Source: Adineta vaga
Lineage: Eukaryota > Animalia > Rotifera
Length of the DNA: 64,000 bases
Assembly: GCA_021613535.1 (NCBI GenBank)
Contig: CP075493.1
Span: 17,732,001 to 17,796,000 of the forward strand
Direction of reading: 5' to 3'
The notes under the pieces are model-generated. The model was not told the DNA's origin and made no database searches. It saw nothing but the letters and a program-made list of their open reading frames with translations. Made by a program: the position numbers and the translations under genes. This document shows, in pieces, positions 36,299 through 50,324 of the stretch; the first letter of the stretch is position 1; the number at the start of each line of letters is the position of its first letter.

Positions 36299-39200
36299 CT
36301 AATTGTTTCTGTTGGTACAGAACAGTATTTTACCGAATCGAGTTTTAATAAATTCTGCTCTGTACGAAGTTGAAGGTAATACAAAAATCAAAAAACTACA
36401 TATTTGTGGAATAAAAGAAAAAAGATAAGCGATAAGTAAAGCATAACGTTGCCAATCTTTCTTCAATTCTGTACATGCAAAACTTGATGCAAAAATTAAT
36501 TGTGGTAAAGCTGCAACAATAATAACTGCTGGTGTTATATAACGTTCTTTTTGTGTTCGGAATTTTTCTTTTAAAATTTTAAAAAAATTTAATTTTGAAT
36601 TTCCTTTAGTTTTAGCACGACTTTTAGCCATCGAAATAATCATTAATGTTATTGAAATAAGTTGAATACTAAATGGTATTATATGATGAATAAATACATT
36701 AAAACGATTGTAAATTAACCAATTTTGATTAGAGAAATCTATAACACAAATAATAGCAGTTGAATTTAGTCTTTGAGGATCTGCACGAATAATCTTATAG
36801 AGTAAAATCTCATGTATATGCATTCCACAAAGAATTAATACAATCATTATATTTACCAAACGTGTTACATTAGACTTTTGAATTCTACCTTGTGCTGGAT
36901 ATAATACTGAAGAAAGTCGTTCAATAGTAATTATACTAGTTAACCAATAACTTATACGAGTCGTTATAGAAGTCATTGGTGACAAAAGTTTACAAAGAAG
37001 CAAATTTATTTTATTATCCATGAGTAATTCAGAACCTCCAAGAAGAATATGAATAATTTTTCCATATTGAAAGATCAACGAAAGAATATTCATAATTGAG
37101 ACGAGAAGTAAATAATTACCTACACGAACTTTTCGCGGATTCTTTTGAGAAAATACCAATAAACTACATAAATTACTAAAGATACCTATCAAAAATATCA
37201 ATGAAGTTATTGAAACATAAATAGCTATAGAAAGATTCTTTTCCATTTGTATATCTTTCATCATAAGAGAATCAAGTGTAAAACTGAATAATTGACACAC
37301 ACTACCATACGTACATTGAGGACAAAGACAAATAAAATCTTGTTCTTGTTCAAGATTACCACGAATGCATTGACCTCTTGATAAACAATACTGACATTTA
37401 TCAATAGATGGATTAAAACGAAGACATTGAGCACGTTGTATTGTCATATTACATAAACAAAAATAATAATTATCTCGAAAACATACGATAGAAGAACGAT
37501 TTTGTTGTTGATAATGATGACGACATAGTTCATGATATTTAAATACAAGTATATTGTCTTTCGTATCTTTTAATAAAATTTAAAAAAAAAGAAAAAGAAA
37601 AGAATTTGATTATACTTTACTTTGAATAATTTTCAATTAAAGAGTATATAAGTATGTGCACATTCATTTTCACTTCTCAATTGTACAGTTATGTTAATAG
37701 AATCTTTTGGATTTTGTTGACTGTAAACAAGATAAAATATTGGTCCATGTATTGAACTATCTTCGTTATACGATTTAATAATAATAACTGATGGTGCATT
37801 ATTTCTCATATAATCCATTCGAGTTTCTATAGGTTGTCCGAAAAAAACTTGTTGTTTATTAATATATAAATCATGCAGATCACTCGTCACATCATAGTAT
37901 TGAATACTTGTTGCGAGAATCTTAGAAGACAAAGAAGACTGTACAATTCTAAGAATGTTAGCAGTTTTAGAAAATTGACAATTATTTCCATAGAAATCAT
38001 CGGTACATATGCATTCGAACGATCGAATATAGAATGGATCATGGATTAGATAACATGAACCACCATTTTGACATTGCGTGCATAATGGATATGTCAAATG
38101 ACATGTAGGCCCAAAATGACCATGTGGACATAAACAAACAGGTCGTTCATCATCATTAATAAAACCACGTTCTTCTGGTCTACAGATTGCATGAGGATGA
38201 CAAAAATGTTCACATTGTTTGTCATATTTATCACATCGATCGCCATACCAACCGCTTTGACAACTACAAATAAATTGTTTTATTTTATTTTGTAAATGTA
38301 AACATCTTCCATGTGAACCACAATCTAAGTTACACGAATAGTTCGAATATGTGTTATTAAAACGAAGAATTTTAGCCAGACGAAAAGCCGGTAGAAAATC
38401 GAACTCTATTGGAAAATGCCACACACCAAAAATAATGGGATATGATGTTGGTTGAAGATAAAGTGCTTCAAATCGAACACTATATAATCCTGTACCATTG
38501 CAATGAATGCGTTTTTGTTCCCGAAATTCCAGCGTACGAGGATATGCAAAATAAAACTTTTGTTTAGCTCTTTTAACGATTGAATGAATATAAAACTCAT
38601 GTCGATCGATAATATGTTTTTTGTAGCGAAATGTACAAGAAACCAAAACGGTCGCATTTTTACCAGTAACCGTTGTATAATTTCCATTGTACGAAGTTAA
38701 ATTGAGATGCGTAACAACAGATATACGATTGGCATGAAATTCACAATAATCTCCATAATAACTTGGCGAACAAAAACATCTAGTACGTTCATTGCTAAGT
38801 TTAATCGGAATACCACGATTACAAATAAAAGGTAATATAAAGTTCAATATCATGTTCGGATCACGACGGAGTATTTTCATGTACTGATCGACTATGTCGT
38901 CATCTGACATGAAAGTATTATTATTTTGTATTCGTTGTTCTACATAAGGTTTCATATTTATCTGTTTAATTCGATCACTAACGGACCGTTTTGAATGTTG
39001 TCTAGAATCATGAGTCGTCAATGAATTTAAATAGGTGGTTAATGTCATTTTAGACTCTAGTTCGATTCGGCGACTGTTTCGATACGTTTTCAGACCCTCG
39101 TCAGAACTATCTAAGTAAAACTGACACCAGTACACATCCTCACCATTCAAACACTCCCATTTTCCATTACAGCGCGCATTACGCTGACAGATCCCATGAA

Positions 39201-41078
39201 GACACGTGACATCGCTAAGTCCACTGCAATTCGAATCATACTTATGAAAACAAGCCATACGTGTATCATGAGCAGAACATGTAAAGAAAATTTTAGTGCA
39301 AAAGTAACGAGGAAGAATGCAACTGTTTAGTGAGTTAATACAGCCAAATTGCCAACCGAGAACATCTGTACCACATTTGACCAAATTACGTTCATCAGAC
39401 TTGCCAATACAATCAATGTGTCCGTCTCCAATTCTTCTAAGTTCAATACATGGTCGATTTAATTGAAAATTAAGTGCATCATCGACATTTGCAAGAAGAC
39501 AAGGATATTCAATTGTAATATTACAAATATTAGCAAATGGTTGGTTTTTATATCGATTAAAACAACGCATTCGTACTTCTCTGAAATTTAGTAACAGTCG
39601 ATTATGGCTCTCGGTGAAACCATCAACTTGAAGTAATAACCCTTGCTCATCAGATGCATCGCTACAATCCCATGTACCTAAAGATGATCAAGTAAATTTT
39701 ATAGTAACAACAAAAAATTCATCTTACCATCACACAACCAGTCGAATGGAACGCATTGTCCTGTAAGACAACGATATTCATTAGAGGTATACGACCATTT
39801 TGTCAGACAATATTCGACATTCTCATCAGCGCCTGTTTCAGAATCGAAGTACGTATCACAATGCTGTAGGAATGGAAGTACTTTCATTGATGAAGAGATT
39901 GTTATATTTTTATGTTCATTAAAAGATTGAATAACATGATTCCGAATCATATGACATTCAGATGCATCTTTAATGTCACATTTTAAAGTTTTAATCGCAA
40001 TTCCCGTTCTATTTAAATATCTATCTTTACCATCTATACAGATCGGGTGATATGAATCAATATAATTGACAGGTAAACAGATCGAATTTTTTCGTGTTCT
40101 CTCAATACAATTCAGACAAGACTTATGATAATGTTCGATAGGGCGATCTATGATTGTTTCATCGAATGCAACCTTTATATTATCGGCATAAACAGTTTTA
40201 TAATCGCTCAAACAGTCATCGAGACCATCATTGATGCGATGATGTGATAAGCAGTATTCGTGACATTTAACAATCACTTCTTCAACAGTAGTCAAGTTGA
40301 AGAATGGAAGCCATTTATGCCAACATGAAACGTCGAAATGAGGAGCGAAGTGTGAGTGGTTGCGAACGAATGATCGCTCTGGATTGGTTTTGGCTGCGAA
40401 ACGACAAAGCTTTCGTTCTATAAGAGCAGCTTCCTTCAAATAAACGTTTGTTCTATTAGAAGCAAATGAAATGTCAAACGCGATGAAAGTCACATGAAAA
40501 CCAGCACATCGAAGCCCACCATTTGCGAACAGTATATCAGGGAACAAACCATCGGACACTTAGAGATCTGTCTTGTAGTAAGTGTAAAAAATTGGACCTA
40601 ATAATGGACCGGACGGATAACTGACATACGAATAATCTGATGTGCACATGGTTTTCAACCACATGAATGTCTGATCGTCCATTAGACAATTTGTAGACAA
40701 ATTGCCTGAGAGTTGACATTTCAAACGAAATCGGCACGCGTTTTCTTCACTCGTAAATAGATGATTGCCCCATAATGAGTTTAGATGTGTACAAAAACCG
40801 CCTTTCAACGTCCAAAGATGAAAAGGTCGATGAATCTCGCATTGAAATGCTATATCACGTAGTGTGTAACATTGAATAGTTAACTTGTTTTTATTGGGTA
40901 TATTCGCTATAGTAATAATTAACCGATATGGATATGCACATGCACCATCTCCACATGATATCAGTTCATAATTCCAACATATGCGTTCATCACAATCTAT
41001 ACCCCTCTCCATTGGACAATCCAAATCAAGTCCAACTGGCTCGAGTTCGTCAGATGTATCCTGACAATCTACTTCACC
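36299..41078 (-). pseudogene. LDLa + EGF-repeat rhodopsin-like 7TM receptor, 5' part missing
   Basis: LDLa motifs (CLTGQCVPFDWLCDG, DCSDASDE), EGF repeats (CSCQSGWYGDRC), 7TM with ITIERL; in-frame TAA at 40560-40562. Confidence 0.8.
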
Positions 41079-41358
41079 TATAAAGTACCATAGCGTGTCA
41101 TTAGTTAAACAATCCAGATAATATTCAATTATGTGTCAATAAATTATGTAAATAAGTCTGTTAAAATGTCCGAAACTCGATATCTATCTCAATGTAATCT
41201 CATCATGTATCGAACATGATCGTATAAGATAGAAGTTTTGCCTTATTAAAATCTCGAAGAATTATCGAATTTCACATCAAACATCTTCGTAGATCTATCA
41301 TAGTAACTTTTCCTCACAATTATGTTGATTAACTCATCAATAGCAAATTGAGCTGTTC

Positions 41359-42874
41359 TTGTCTTATGGTTTTCAACTGCATCGTTTTACTCATTTGAAA
41401 TCACTTTCATTACGACGTATTCTTTCTCAAGAAATACTCAGTCAATTGATTACTGAATGTTTACATTTACCTCATCTCCTGCATTTGAGATTAATCGATT
41501 GCTATTTATTTCATCCAGCCGATCAACTACCAAACATCCTTAATAACATCTGGAGTTTACCAAGATTGACCTATTGCTTTTTAGATTTGGACGTTCATAT
41601 TCAAAGCATAGATTATTGGGTAGTACCATCCGTGATCTCGATGTCGATCGAGCAGTTCTTTATTATTGATCATCAATTCACCTACGAAGAGTTGTTTCTA
41701 ATTTTTGAACGAACACCACATCTTTCTCATTCGAACATTTATACTTTTGATGAAGATGTTACTGACGAATTAATGTTAACACTGCCATCGATGACGAAAT
41801 GGTCTGTTTCTCTTACGGAATCACTATCAAACACGATGATCAAATTTCTGGATCAGATGTCAAACTTACGTCATCTTGTTGTAAATACCTTCTGTCGGAT
41901 CAATGGATATGAATGGGAACGAATTATTACCGATCATGCACCACAACTAAAAACATTTCGACTCGAAATGTGTCTTGATTATCAAGAAGGACTAATTGAT
42001 GACTTACTTGATTCCTTCCTTTCGAACTTACTTTTGGATTGCAGAACGTCAATGGTTTGTTCGTTGTGACTGGCATCGATGTCAATATTGTTATAAACAT
42101 GTATATTTATATACACTTCCCTGTGTCACCGACAGAGGCAGTCTCTATTGTGAAGGTGGTTTTCTATCCAAAACCACTCGTCCGCTAAGTGGTGAGTCTT
42201 TTTAAAATAATCCATCAACAGCTCTGGTCTCCCCACCTATTCATTTTGATAACCTTCGTAACCTTTGCATTCAAATTCCTGTCGACGACAAGTTTTGGTC
42301 TATTGTACCGTCATTCGTTCATATGACTGCACTTACAATACTTAATGACGGACATAATCATGCTCATGGACAAGCAATACTAGAACGAGCACTTCATCTT
42401 TACTCGTTATCACTTCCTCAGTATGCCTCGTCAAGGGAGGTAGTCACTTTGGAATATACCAGTCCATCAATTTACCGTCTGGAGTTGATGGAGAAAGAGC
42501 ACTTCTCTGACGCACAAGAATGTTTCATGTTGAGTCATTCTCCATTAGGCATCCAGTGTCAAATACTCTTAATTAAAGTTGCTGATCGAACAGATGTCAT
42601 TGACCTACTCAATACGATGACAAATCTTCGAAAATTGACTGTAATTTGTGAACATGACACATGGAAGGATGCCGACGATCTCTGGTTACTCTCATGCTCA
42701 TCCGATAATGAACAGCCATCTCTATCCGAAGTTGATGAATTCCTTGATTGGTTTAAACATCGTTTGCCATCAACGTACACAATCATACGAGCTCCTAAAA
42801 AATTCAATTATGATCTGACTTTCGATGGTTTTCATCCTATTCAGTTTTGGATTGATTCAAAGATGAGCCCGTGA
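41359..42874 (+). pseudogene. LRR/F-box-associated family protein, degenerate
   Basis: FTHLKSLSL, IWSLPRLTYC, NLRHL, WFVRCDW and LGIQCQILLI; frameshift near 42030 and stop at 42205. Confidence 0.7.
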
Positions 42875-44002
42875 CAAGTGACTTTTTATCTAGTTTTAAA
42901 AGTTAAAACAGTGGATAAAGAGTCGATGTGGCAATTTCACATTATTTTCGTTTGTTTCGACTCATTAATATGTAGTCTCGAGTTCCCCAACTGACAACCC
43001 ACAAATTTTTGACAATATAATAATCTTTGGAATTCAATATTCCATATTCAACAGCTAAAACGGTATGATCGAGTCTGGAGTGACTTGAACTCTCCAATCG
43101 ATTTCTTTCGATGAACAATCAAATATATATTCATGTCCCAATATGAACGGGTACCCTTGGGTCCTCAAGTCCTATATTATGAGTGTACCCTTGAGTCTTC
43201 AAGGGTGCGGGGTGTGCATGAGTGTAAGTATGGCTCTCTTGTATTCAACATCACCTACACCTACGCAAAAAAATTCAACAGAAGTAACACAAACAAATTC
43301 CCATCTCTCCTCAGCATTACCAATATACATAGTACTGTCGTATATCCACTAATCCTTTAAAACCTTTTTTCTAAGTCATTCATGTGCTTCCCTTTGTGCC
43401 GTTAAGGCTCACAGTTAACCGAATAACAATTCGGCTTAGTCTCCGCATAATCAATAACTCTAAACATTCCTTGAAACCAGATACGTGATTCTCAATACAA
43501 AATCAACCGCAATAGTCACCACACGTCATTTAAATATAGAACTCACTTCTGAACAATTGTTGAAATTAGTACAATCTGGATTACCATCGTGAGTATATGT
43601 ATAGAGTTCACATTTGACCAAATTTATGAATTATGGTGGAATCCAGGTGTAATACAGTGATAATTTGGTGAAATATTTTATAGTTTGAGTAGAATCTAGT
43701 TGGTGATTGAGGTAGAATTGTTGATGTTTTCCGGTGATCCGTATTCTCTGAAACATGACTTTTTCCTGTTACCGATTCCGATAAGCTCCTGTCGGATTCA
43801 CAGATCGAATCGAATCACCTGGGCAACTGCTAGTAAACACAGAGGATACTACAAATAGATGGCATACGGGAACATCATGAGGGTGAATCAGAGATTGATG
43901 TATCAAAATGTTATCCTCACTTTGAACGAGAAGAGACACGAAAAAAAAATCACATGTATTTAATTTAGTGTTTGTATTAATTTGCAAAAAGGAATATGAA
44001 TA

Positions 44003-46653
44003 TTATGTGCCTAATAAATTAAAGAAACGCATTCCCCAATAACTTATTAAGAATGAAGTTGGATCTTCTTCTTTGAATCCATTACCATCATCTAAGGTAT
44101 AGATATTATCGTTCCATTTGTGTGGAGATCGCTCATCGGGTGGTAACATTTGTATTGAGTGATATTTTCTATCACATTCAGAGAGGAAATTACGTTGAAT
44201 ATCCAATCGATAACTATTAAATTGTGGCCAATTAATAAGTTCCAATGGCCAACGTTGCATGTACCATATACCATCTTTTGACAAAGAATTACAATCAAAA
44301 GTAGGAACAGATGTATGATTATTTTTAAATAAATATTGTGTTTGATTAATCTGACCACTAACATAACAATAGATCAAATTATAAAATGGAGATTTCTCCA
44401 TTTGCTTATATTTGTGAGCTAAATATAATCCCATCCTCATATATTCTAATATTTGATCAATAATTATTTGTGCAGATATTTTCTGTGTTTGAGATAGATT
44501 ATCGGTGAAGATAATTGTGTTAATGGCATAAACTAGATTGAAATACGATAAGTAAATGAGTTCATCATCAGAAAAATTATCATCACAAACAGCAATCATT
44601 TTCATATTAACAAGATTAATGTTATATTTATAAGTTTCAATTAATAATTTAGCTCCATCAAGAAAACGTTCATCACCATTGTACGCATAAGTTTGAAGTA
44701 GATAAGCTAATATTTCTAGACTGTTAAGACCTCGATCATCTCGAAAACTACTATCATTATTAATATATATTGGATTCCAGATACCCCATGTAGTATGAGT
44801 ATGTTTTTCACCTACTAAATACCAATCATGAGTGAGAATATGGTTAGTAATATTTAAGACTAGGACATAAGCTCTTTGACGTTCATCATCAGTACCAGCT
44901 AACAAATCATATACTAATGGATAAACAAATTCGTGTCCAACAATTTCATCTGATGACGTATCACCTTTGAATTGAAGAGATGAATAAATAGGAGATAGAT
45001 ACCACCCATGCTTAGGAGGAAAATCACTGCGTTTAGCAAATGATCGACTAGGATAACCAGGAATACCTATAATATAATGTGAAGAAAATAGAGAAAATTA
45101 TTCAGATTGTTAAAATGATTATTACCTGTCACTTTATTGAGCAATTCCAATGCTTCAAAATGTGTCCAAGCCAATGACTTAACGTCTGGATCTTTAGTCA
45201 CTGCATAACGAAAGACTTGACTACTCAAATACATGGATGTCCAAAGACCATCATTGTCACTTGATCCCTTGACACATGAACGACTATCACCCCATATCGA
45301 CATAGGACAATCAGAAATAAGATTGTACTTGTTATGTCTACCTGGATGGTTGAAAAAATCTTGAAAGTGTTCTGTTTTTTTTGATAATGTCCACATTTCA
45401 AAGCGAAGAATACTAAGACCTTTACTGGTCACTACTACAGCAGCACTTCCTAAACCTTCAGATATATTTTTTGGTCGACTCAATACAGCCAATGAACTAA
45501 CATGAACTAATGCATCACGATTTGGCATATATCTAGCACTATTGAATACACGCCATGCATTCAAATCAATATCATCAGGACTATAACGCATGGCTCCATA
45601 GATAGTGCCCAACCATACTCGACTGTCGGATATAGTTGAATGGCTCAAACTCAAAACAGTAATATTAGCAAATGGAAGATGACCAATATATGAGCCTGGA
45701 TTTGAGATTTGACCTGCTAATCTAGAAAAATACCAATTAACACTACCTGTAGACATTAGTATTGGGGAAAGGAAGGTTATTCCCGTTTCCTGTCCTATCC
45801 ATAGTTTATCTTGCACATCATTAAACACTAATGATGTAATCGTGGCATCAATGAGCCCATAAATGTGTTCAAAACGCCATTCTTCATTACCAACACCATA
45901 AGAATATATCCAGAGCTTAGTTTCAGTACCAATAAAAACTGTCTGTCGTTTCGAACTTCATGCTAATGCTGAAACACTAACATTGATTGCATTAAGAAAG
46001 GGAATTACTGTTAATGTGTGAAGATCCAGTCCATGTAGTCCAGTGTTAGTAGCAATATATAACCAGCCTGCTATTCCTAAATCTTCTATAAATAAACCAT
46101 CTGTAATTTTAGAAATATTCACCAAGATAGATGGAAAGGAAATGGCATGTACAATATTACAAGAAGTTGCATCGAATACATTACATAAAATGAGTTCTAT
46201 ACAATTTGAAGAAATCAAAGCTGCTGTATATGCTAGAGATGTACTTGTATTTTGTGATACAATCAACCGACTAGTATCACTATTGATAGAAATACTATTT
46301 ACAGGAATTAAAGTGCCATTGGCAGATAAAGACATCCAAAACATTTTGAATACATTATTCAATTCCGTTTGTTGTGATTTATTATTAGTTTGAGCAAGTA
46401 ACCAAACTCCTTGATCAGCTTGAGAATGATATAGTGGCAAAGAAATAGCTTGCCAAATATTGTCAATATTATTAAGAACTGTCCAAGCAGTTGATTCATT
46501 TGCAAATGGTTCAAATAAATAACGTTCAGCAATAATTTGTTCATATTCAGCATCTGGAATAGTTGATGCAAAAATGATACGCACTATACCGACAAACAAC
46601 CATATAAAAGTGCACCTCATCATATTACCTTTTAGTAAGAATTTGATTAACAA
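44003..46653 (-). CDS. Secreted beta-propeller plus alpha-barrel protein of bacterial type; one intron and one in-frame TGA
   Basis: Signal peptide; LWIG/VWLGT propeller blades; SDNDGLWTSMYL, KGDTSSDEIVGH, RGLNSLEIL and YWGMRF. Intron ~45125-45067; TGA at 45960-45958 in SALA*SSK. Confidence 0.7.
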
Positions 46654-47388
46654 GATGAAGTAGTGCGATTCATAAGCGAAAAAAAAGGTGTATCTTTATC
46701 AACATACGGGTCATATTGACACAAGATAAGAGCACAGTAAAGAAATAAAGTATACATGAAATGTGTTAACTTTACAATTTTGTATTGATTTACTTGAAGA
46801 ATAAATTCAATATATGGATAATAATCCGTTTGTATACGTATTTCTAATTCATTTTCTTGTTCTTTCAATTGATTATTATTTTTATCTTAATGAAATAAAT
46901 TCAACTAAATTATTCTGTCAAATGGATTGATTTCCATAAAAACATAATTCGAATTTTGTGACATTTATTTGAAGATATGATGAAACCATCTTGAGGGTGT
47001 GGGATATAGACTAAAGTCAAGCTTAATGTGACTATTCTCTATTTCAACCATACCCACGCCCTTTTCAGTTGCATTAATAACAGCAAAATGTAAATTATCA
47101 AATCTTAATAAATGATCATGATAATATTTTCCTAGTAATGTATTATTACAATTAATAGGAAATGCTTTACAATATTCAATATAAATATCCAATTCTCTTT
47201 CACGATTACTTCCAATACTTATTGCACCAGATTTATTTGTATTCATAATACAATGTTTTGTCAATCAATCCCTTATATGGTAGCAATTGTAACATGGTAT
47301 TAGATTTTTAATCAAACGACGAATATATCCTGAAAGTCTCAACGCTCTAAGTCATTCGAAACAAAACTTCGTTTCATATTTTTTTATT

Positions 47389-49527
47389 TTAATTGTAATA
47401 CGAGTAGACAGACAAGATAAAGAGATATGCACTGGCTACAATGACAGAAATATGAAAGTTCAATGTTGCAGATACAATCCAAGCTGATGAGGACAACGTA
47501 GACGTCGAAATGTTGGTCGCAGATGATTGTCCTTGTTGTTGCCAAGCGAGATATGCTTTGGTAATGGCTGTTGTGGCTTCCAAAACAACATTACTATCAT
47601 AGACATTCGTTGTGATCAAAAAAGCAACGGGTTGAGTCAACCGAGGATAAGCTCGAACAAGAGCGTACCAAAAAGTGTTGCTGCCATCATGTTCGAGGGT
47701 GAGGCCGATATTGTTGCTGTAACTAATCATTCCAGAGAGTGTGTACGTAGAGTTGGAAGTAGAAGATGATGGAAAGGCATAGGCGGTATGAATGCTTTGC
47801 CACATGGACGGAGAGAGTAAATATGGCCATTTTGTACTATTATTTTTAGGGACATAACCGAACGGTTGTAAGTCGCGCCCTTCTTGTAAATGGCAGGCAA
47901 TGAATTTGGCCCAATCATTGAGACTTGCGTGAACTGTGCCCGCAGGTCCATATAGCTTGGGATTATCAATATCAGTGCTGTGTAATACACCGGCTGGATC
48001 CGTCGCATGACCGAATGGCTGAGTTGCAAAAGAAGACAATGGTACCTGTGCGGTGGGTGAACCAAAACCTGCTGTGATCATTCCTAGACGATCAAATAAT
48101 TGCTGTTGAATGATTGTTTCCCAGGGTACATGGAAGAACTCTTCTAGGATCAATCCTAATAAAACATAATTATTATTCGAATAAGCATATTCTACAGAAA
48201 CGGTAATAGACGATGGTGGATTTGGAACGACCATTGATAATAGCTGACTAAAATCATATCGACGTGAGGGCAAAGAATAGTTAGTACAGGATTCAGTAGT
48301 TCTATTAATTTGTAACTCGACTGCGTGATTCCAGATGGCGCTTCCTGGGTAGACTGCTGGTTCTAGGGCTTTTAATCCCGAAGAATGAGTCAATAAATGA
48401 GCGACAGTGATATATTGCCAGGAAGTGTGAATAGTCAGATTACATGAATAGGGAGATTTAGCAAAGTAACCAGTAGCATTAGACAAATTCTCACAGGTGC
48501 ATGTATTGGATGGTGGTGTGGAAGATGATGAAAATGGCAAATAAGGGAATATCTGACCGACCGTGGTGGTGAGATTTAATTTGTCTGCTTGAATTAACAT
48601 TTGAATTAGAATGGCCGTCATAGATTTAGTGTTCGATCCCAGGTGCCATTTGTCGTCGACAGTGACTGGCTCTGGTATAACGGCATCCATACGACGAATT
48701 CCAGTTACCATCGTCGACACGGGAATGAATGGGCAAATGGCATTTGCTGGTGATGGGGTCCCATTATAAGACTGTAGCGTAGGCGTTTGAATGATCGAGA
48801 CACCAATCGCCGGTGTGTGATTGTATTTGCTTCGAATTCTCTGTAAAATGCTGAGTACTGTCTCATTGAGATAAACAGAGATCGCAGGTATCGTGTTCGT
48901 GCATGGTAATCCCATCAACTGAATGAAAGGCACGCTAGTTCCATCGTCCAGACTATAAGGTGCGGCCAAGATAATAGGAAATGATCCATTTACCGAAGCA
49001 AAGCTATCAACTGGTGGGATAAACTTCTCATTTGCAGGACTTGTGCAAAACAAAGAAATATTACCGTTCCCTTCATTACTCGAGTTAGCGTACCAATAGG
49101 TGATACTGTAACCGATACCGGCAGTGAGATTCGCTGGCTGTTCAAAAGGTAAAGTCAATGGTTGAATTTGTGCATTTGTGAATCCACCAGCCGAAACCGT
49201 GATTAATGACGTTTGTGCGATAAGTGTGGATGAAACATCATAGAGAGCTGCTCTCACAGTTAAAGTGTCTTTATTCTGTTGAGGAAACATCACGATAGCT
49301 GTCACCTGAATGGCAGAAGTGAGTTCGAATGGAGACGTTTGAAACAAAACATCAGTGATTGTAGTACAAGTATTGTAGAAGGTTGATGAGATGAGTGGAC
49401 CATTCGAGAAGAGAACTTGAGATTCACCCGACGTCATACATGAGAAGTTAGCAGCTAGGACTGGTGCACTCAGACCAAACCAAAACGAGAACAATAAGAT
49501 AAATACAATGCAGTGAGTTGGGATCAT
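47389..49527 (-). CDS. Beta-lactamase/PBP-family serine hydrolase, secreted, GPI-like tail, intronless
   Basis: SxxK (GSNTKS), LLTHSSG, YxN (YSNNNY), LGM, PAG and HDGSN; signal peptide; Ser/Thr stalk followed by a hydrophobic end. Confidence 0.9.
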   Translation of the reverse strand: MIPTHCIVFILLFSFWFGLSAPVLAANFSCMTSGESQVLFSNGPLISSTFYNTCTTITDVLFQTSPFELTSAIQVTAIVMFPQQNKDTLTVRAALYDVSSTLIAQTSLITVSAGGFTNAQIQPLTLPFEQPANLTAGIGYSITYWYANSSNEGNGNISLFCTSPANEKFIPPVDSFASVNGSFPIILAAPYSLDDGTSVPFIQLMGLPCTNTIPAISVYLNETVLSILQRIRSKYNHTPAIGVSIIQTPTLQSYNGTPSPANAICPFIPVSTMVTGIRRMDAVIPEPVTVDDKWHLGSNTKSMTAILIQMLIQADKLNLTTTVGQIFPYLPFSSSSTPPSNTCTCENLSNATGYFAKSPYSCNLTIHTSWQYITVAHLLTHSSGLKALEPAVYPGSAIWNHAVELQINRTTESCTNYSLPSRRYDFSQLLSMVVPNPPSSITVSVEYAYSNNNYVLLGLILEEFFHVPWETIIQQQLFDRLGMITAGFGSPTAQVPLSSFATQPFGHATDPAGVLHSTDIDNPKLYGPAGTVHASLNDWAKFIACHLQEGRDLQPFGYVPKNNSTKWPYLLSPSMWQSIHTAYAFPSSSTSNSTYTLSGMISYSNNIGLTLEHDGSNTFWYALVRAYPRLTQPVAFLITTNVYDSNVVLEATTAITKAYLAWQQQGQSSATNISTSTLSSSAWIVSATLNFHISVIVASAYLFILSVYSYYN

Positions 49528-50116
49528 TTTCAGATCAGCAGTAAACAGGAATAAAGATATGTATGAAAAGGAAGCTTATTGCTCTTTCTCACTCTCTCTT
49601 TATTCTATTTATTGGCTATTTGATGATCACTTGAGGTTGATGACTGTTAATATGAATAAGTCTTATAGATTGTGCTGTTTGTAAGTGATTCGCAAAATTT
49701 CGATCGTTATATATATATATGAGTGAGAAATATGTGCGGCTCTATAACGTCATTTTTATTATTATTTCTCGTACGATATTTTCATATCGATAATAAACGA
49801 CATGGCAAGAGAATGAGTAACGTGACGTTATTTATGTTTCTTGTCGATTTATACCTGATCACGACTTGTTAAATGGCGTCACCATTCGTACGTAATTTCT
49901 TTCGTTCTGTGGCCGTGAGTACTTGTCTTTCTAGTACGATCAGGTATATTTTTTTCTTTTTCTTTTTCGATAAGATTATTCATGTACGCAGAGTGTTACA
50001 AAATTATTACGCGCCCTCTGTAACTTAAAGTATAAATACTATCCACAGAGTATTATATACTAAATTAGTGCTCATTAAAAACAGGATTTATCAGTTTAAT
50101 TAATAGGCCGTATAGC

Positions 50117-50324
50117 AATTATTGAAATGTCTTGAACTATGTGCCAAATCCGCTCATATTTTCAGAAAAATAATATCAAATTCGTAATCTCCCTCAAAGG
50201 CTAAGTTGACTGATACATTAATCGAGAAATTTCAGTTCAAAAATATATAAATGACATGTCCATAGACTCAGTTTTTGATGGATGTCACAGCTTTTGGCAC
50301 ATAGTTGAAGACATTTCAATAATT
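50117..50324. repeat. 32-bp inverted repeat, probable Tc1/mariner-type MITE remnant
   Basis: AATTATTGAAATGTCTTGAACTATGTGCCAAA versus TTTGGCACATAGTTGAAGACATTTCAATAATT (one mismatch). Confidence 0.6.

Noticed and set aside
35005-45960. Alternative genetic code (TGA as sense) suggested by two in-frame TGAs
   Set aside because: TGG is used for Trp throughout, TGA terminates other ORFs (for example 7979), and TAA lesions also occur; ordinary nonsense mutations suffice.
46965-47330. Coding-like fragment
   Set aside because: Broken upstream frame and no motif I can assign.
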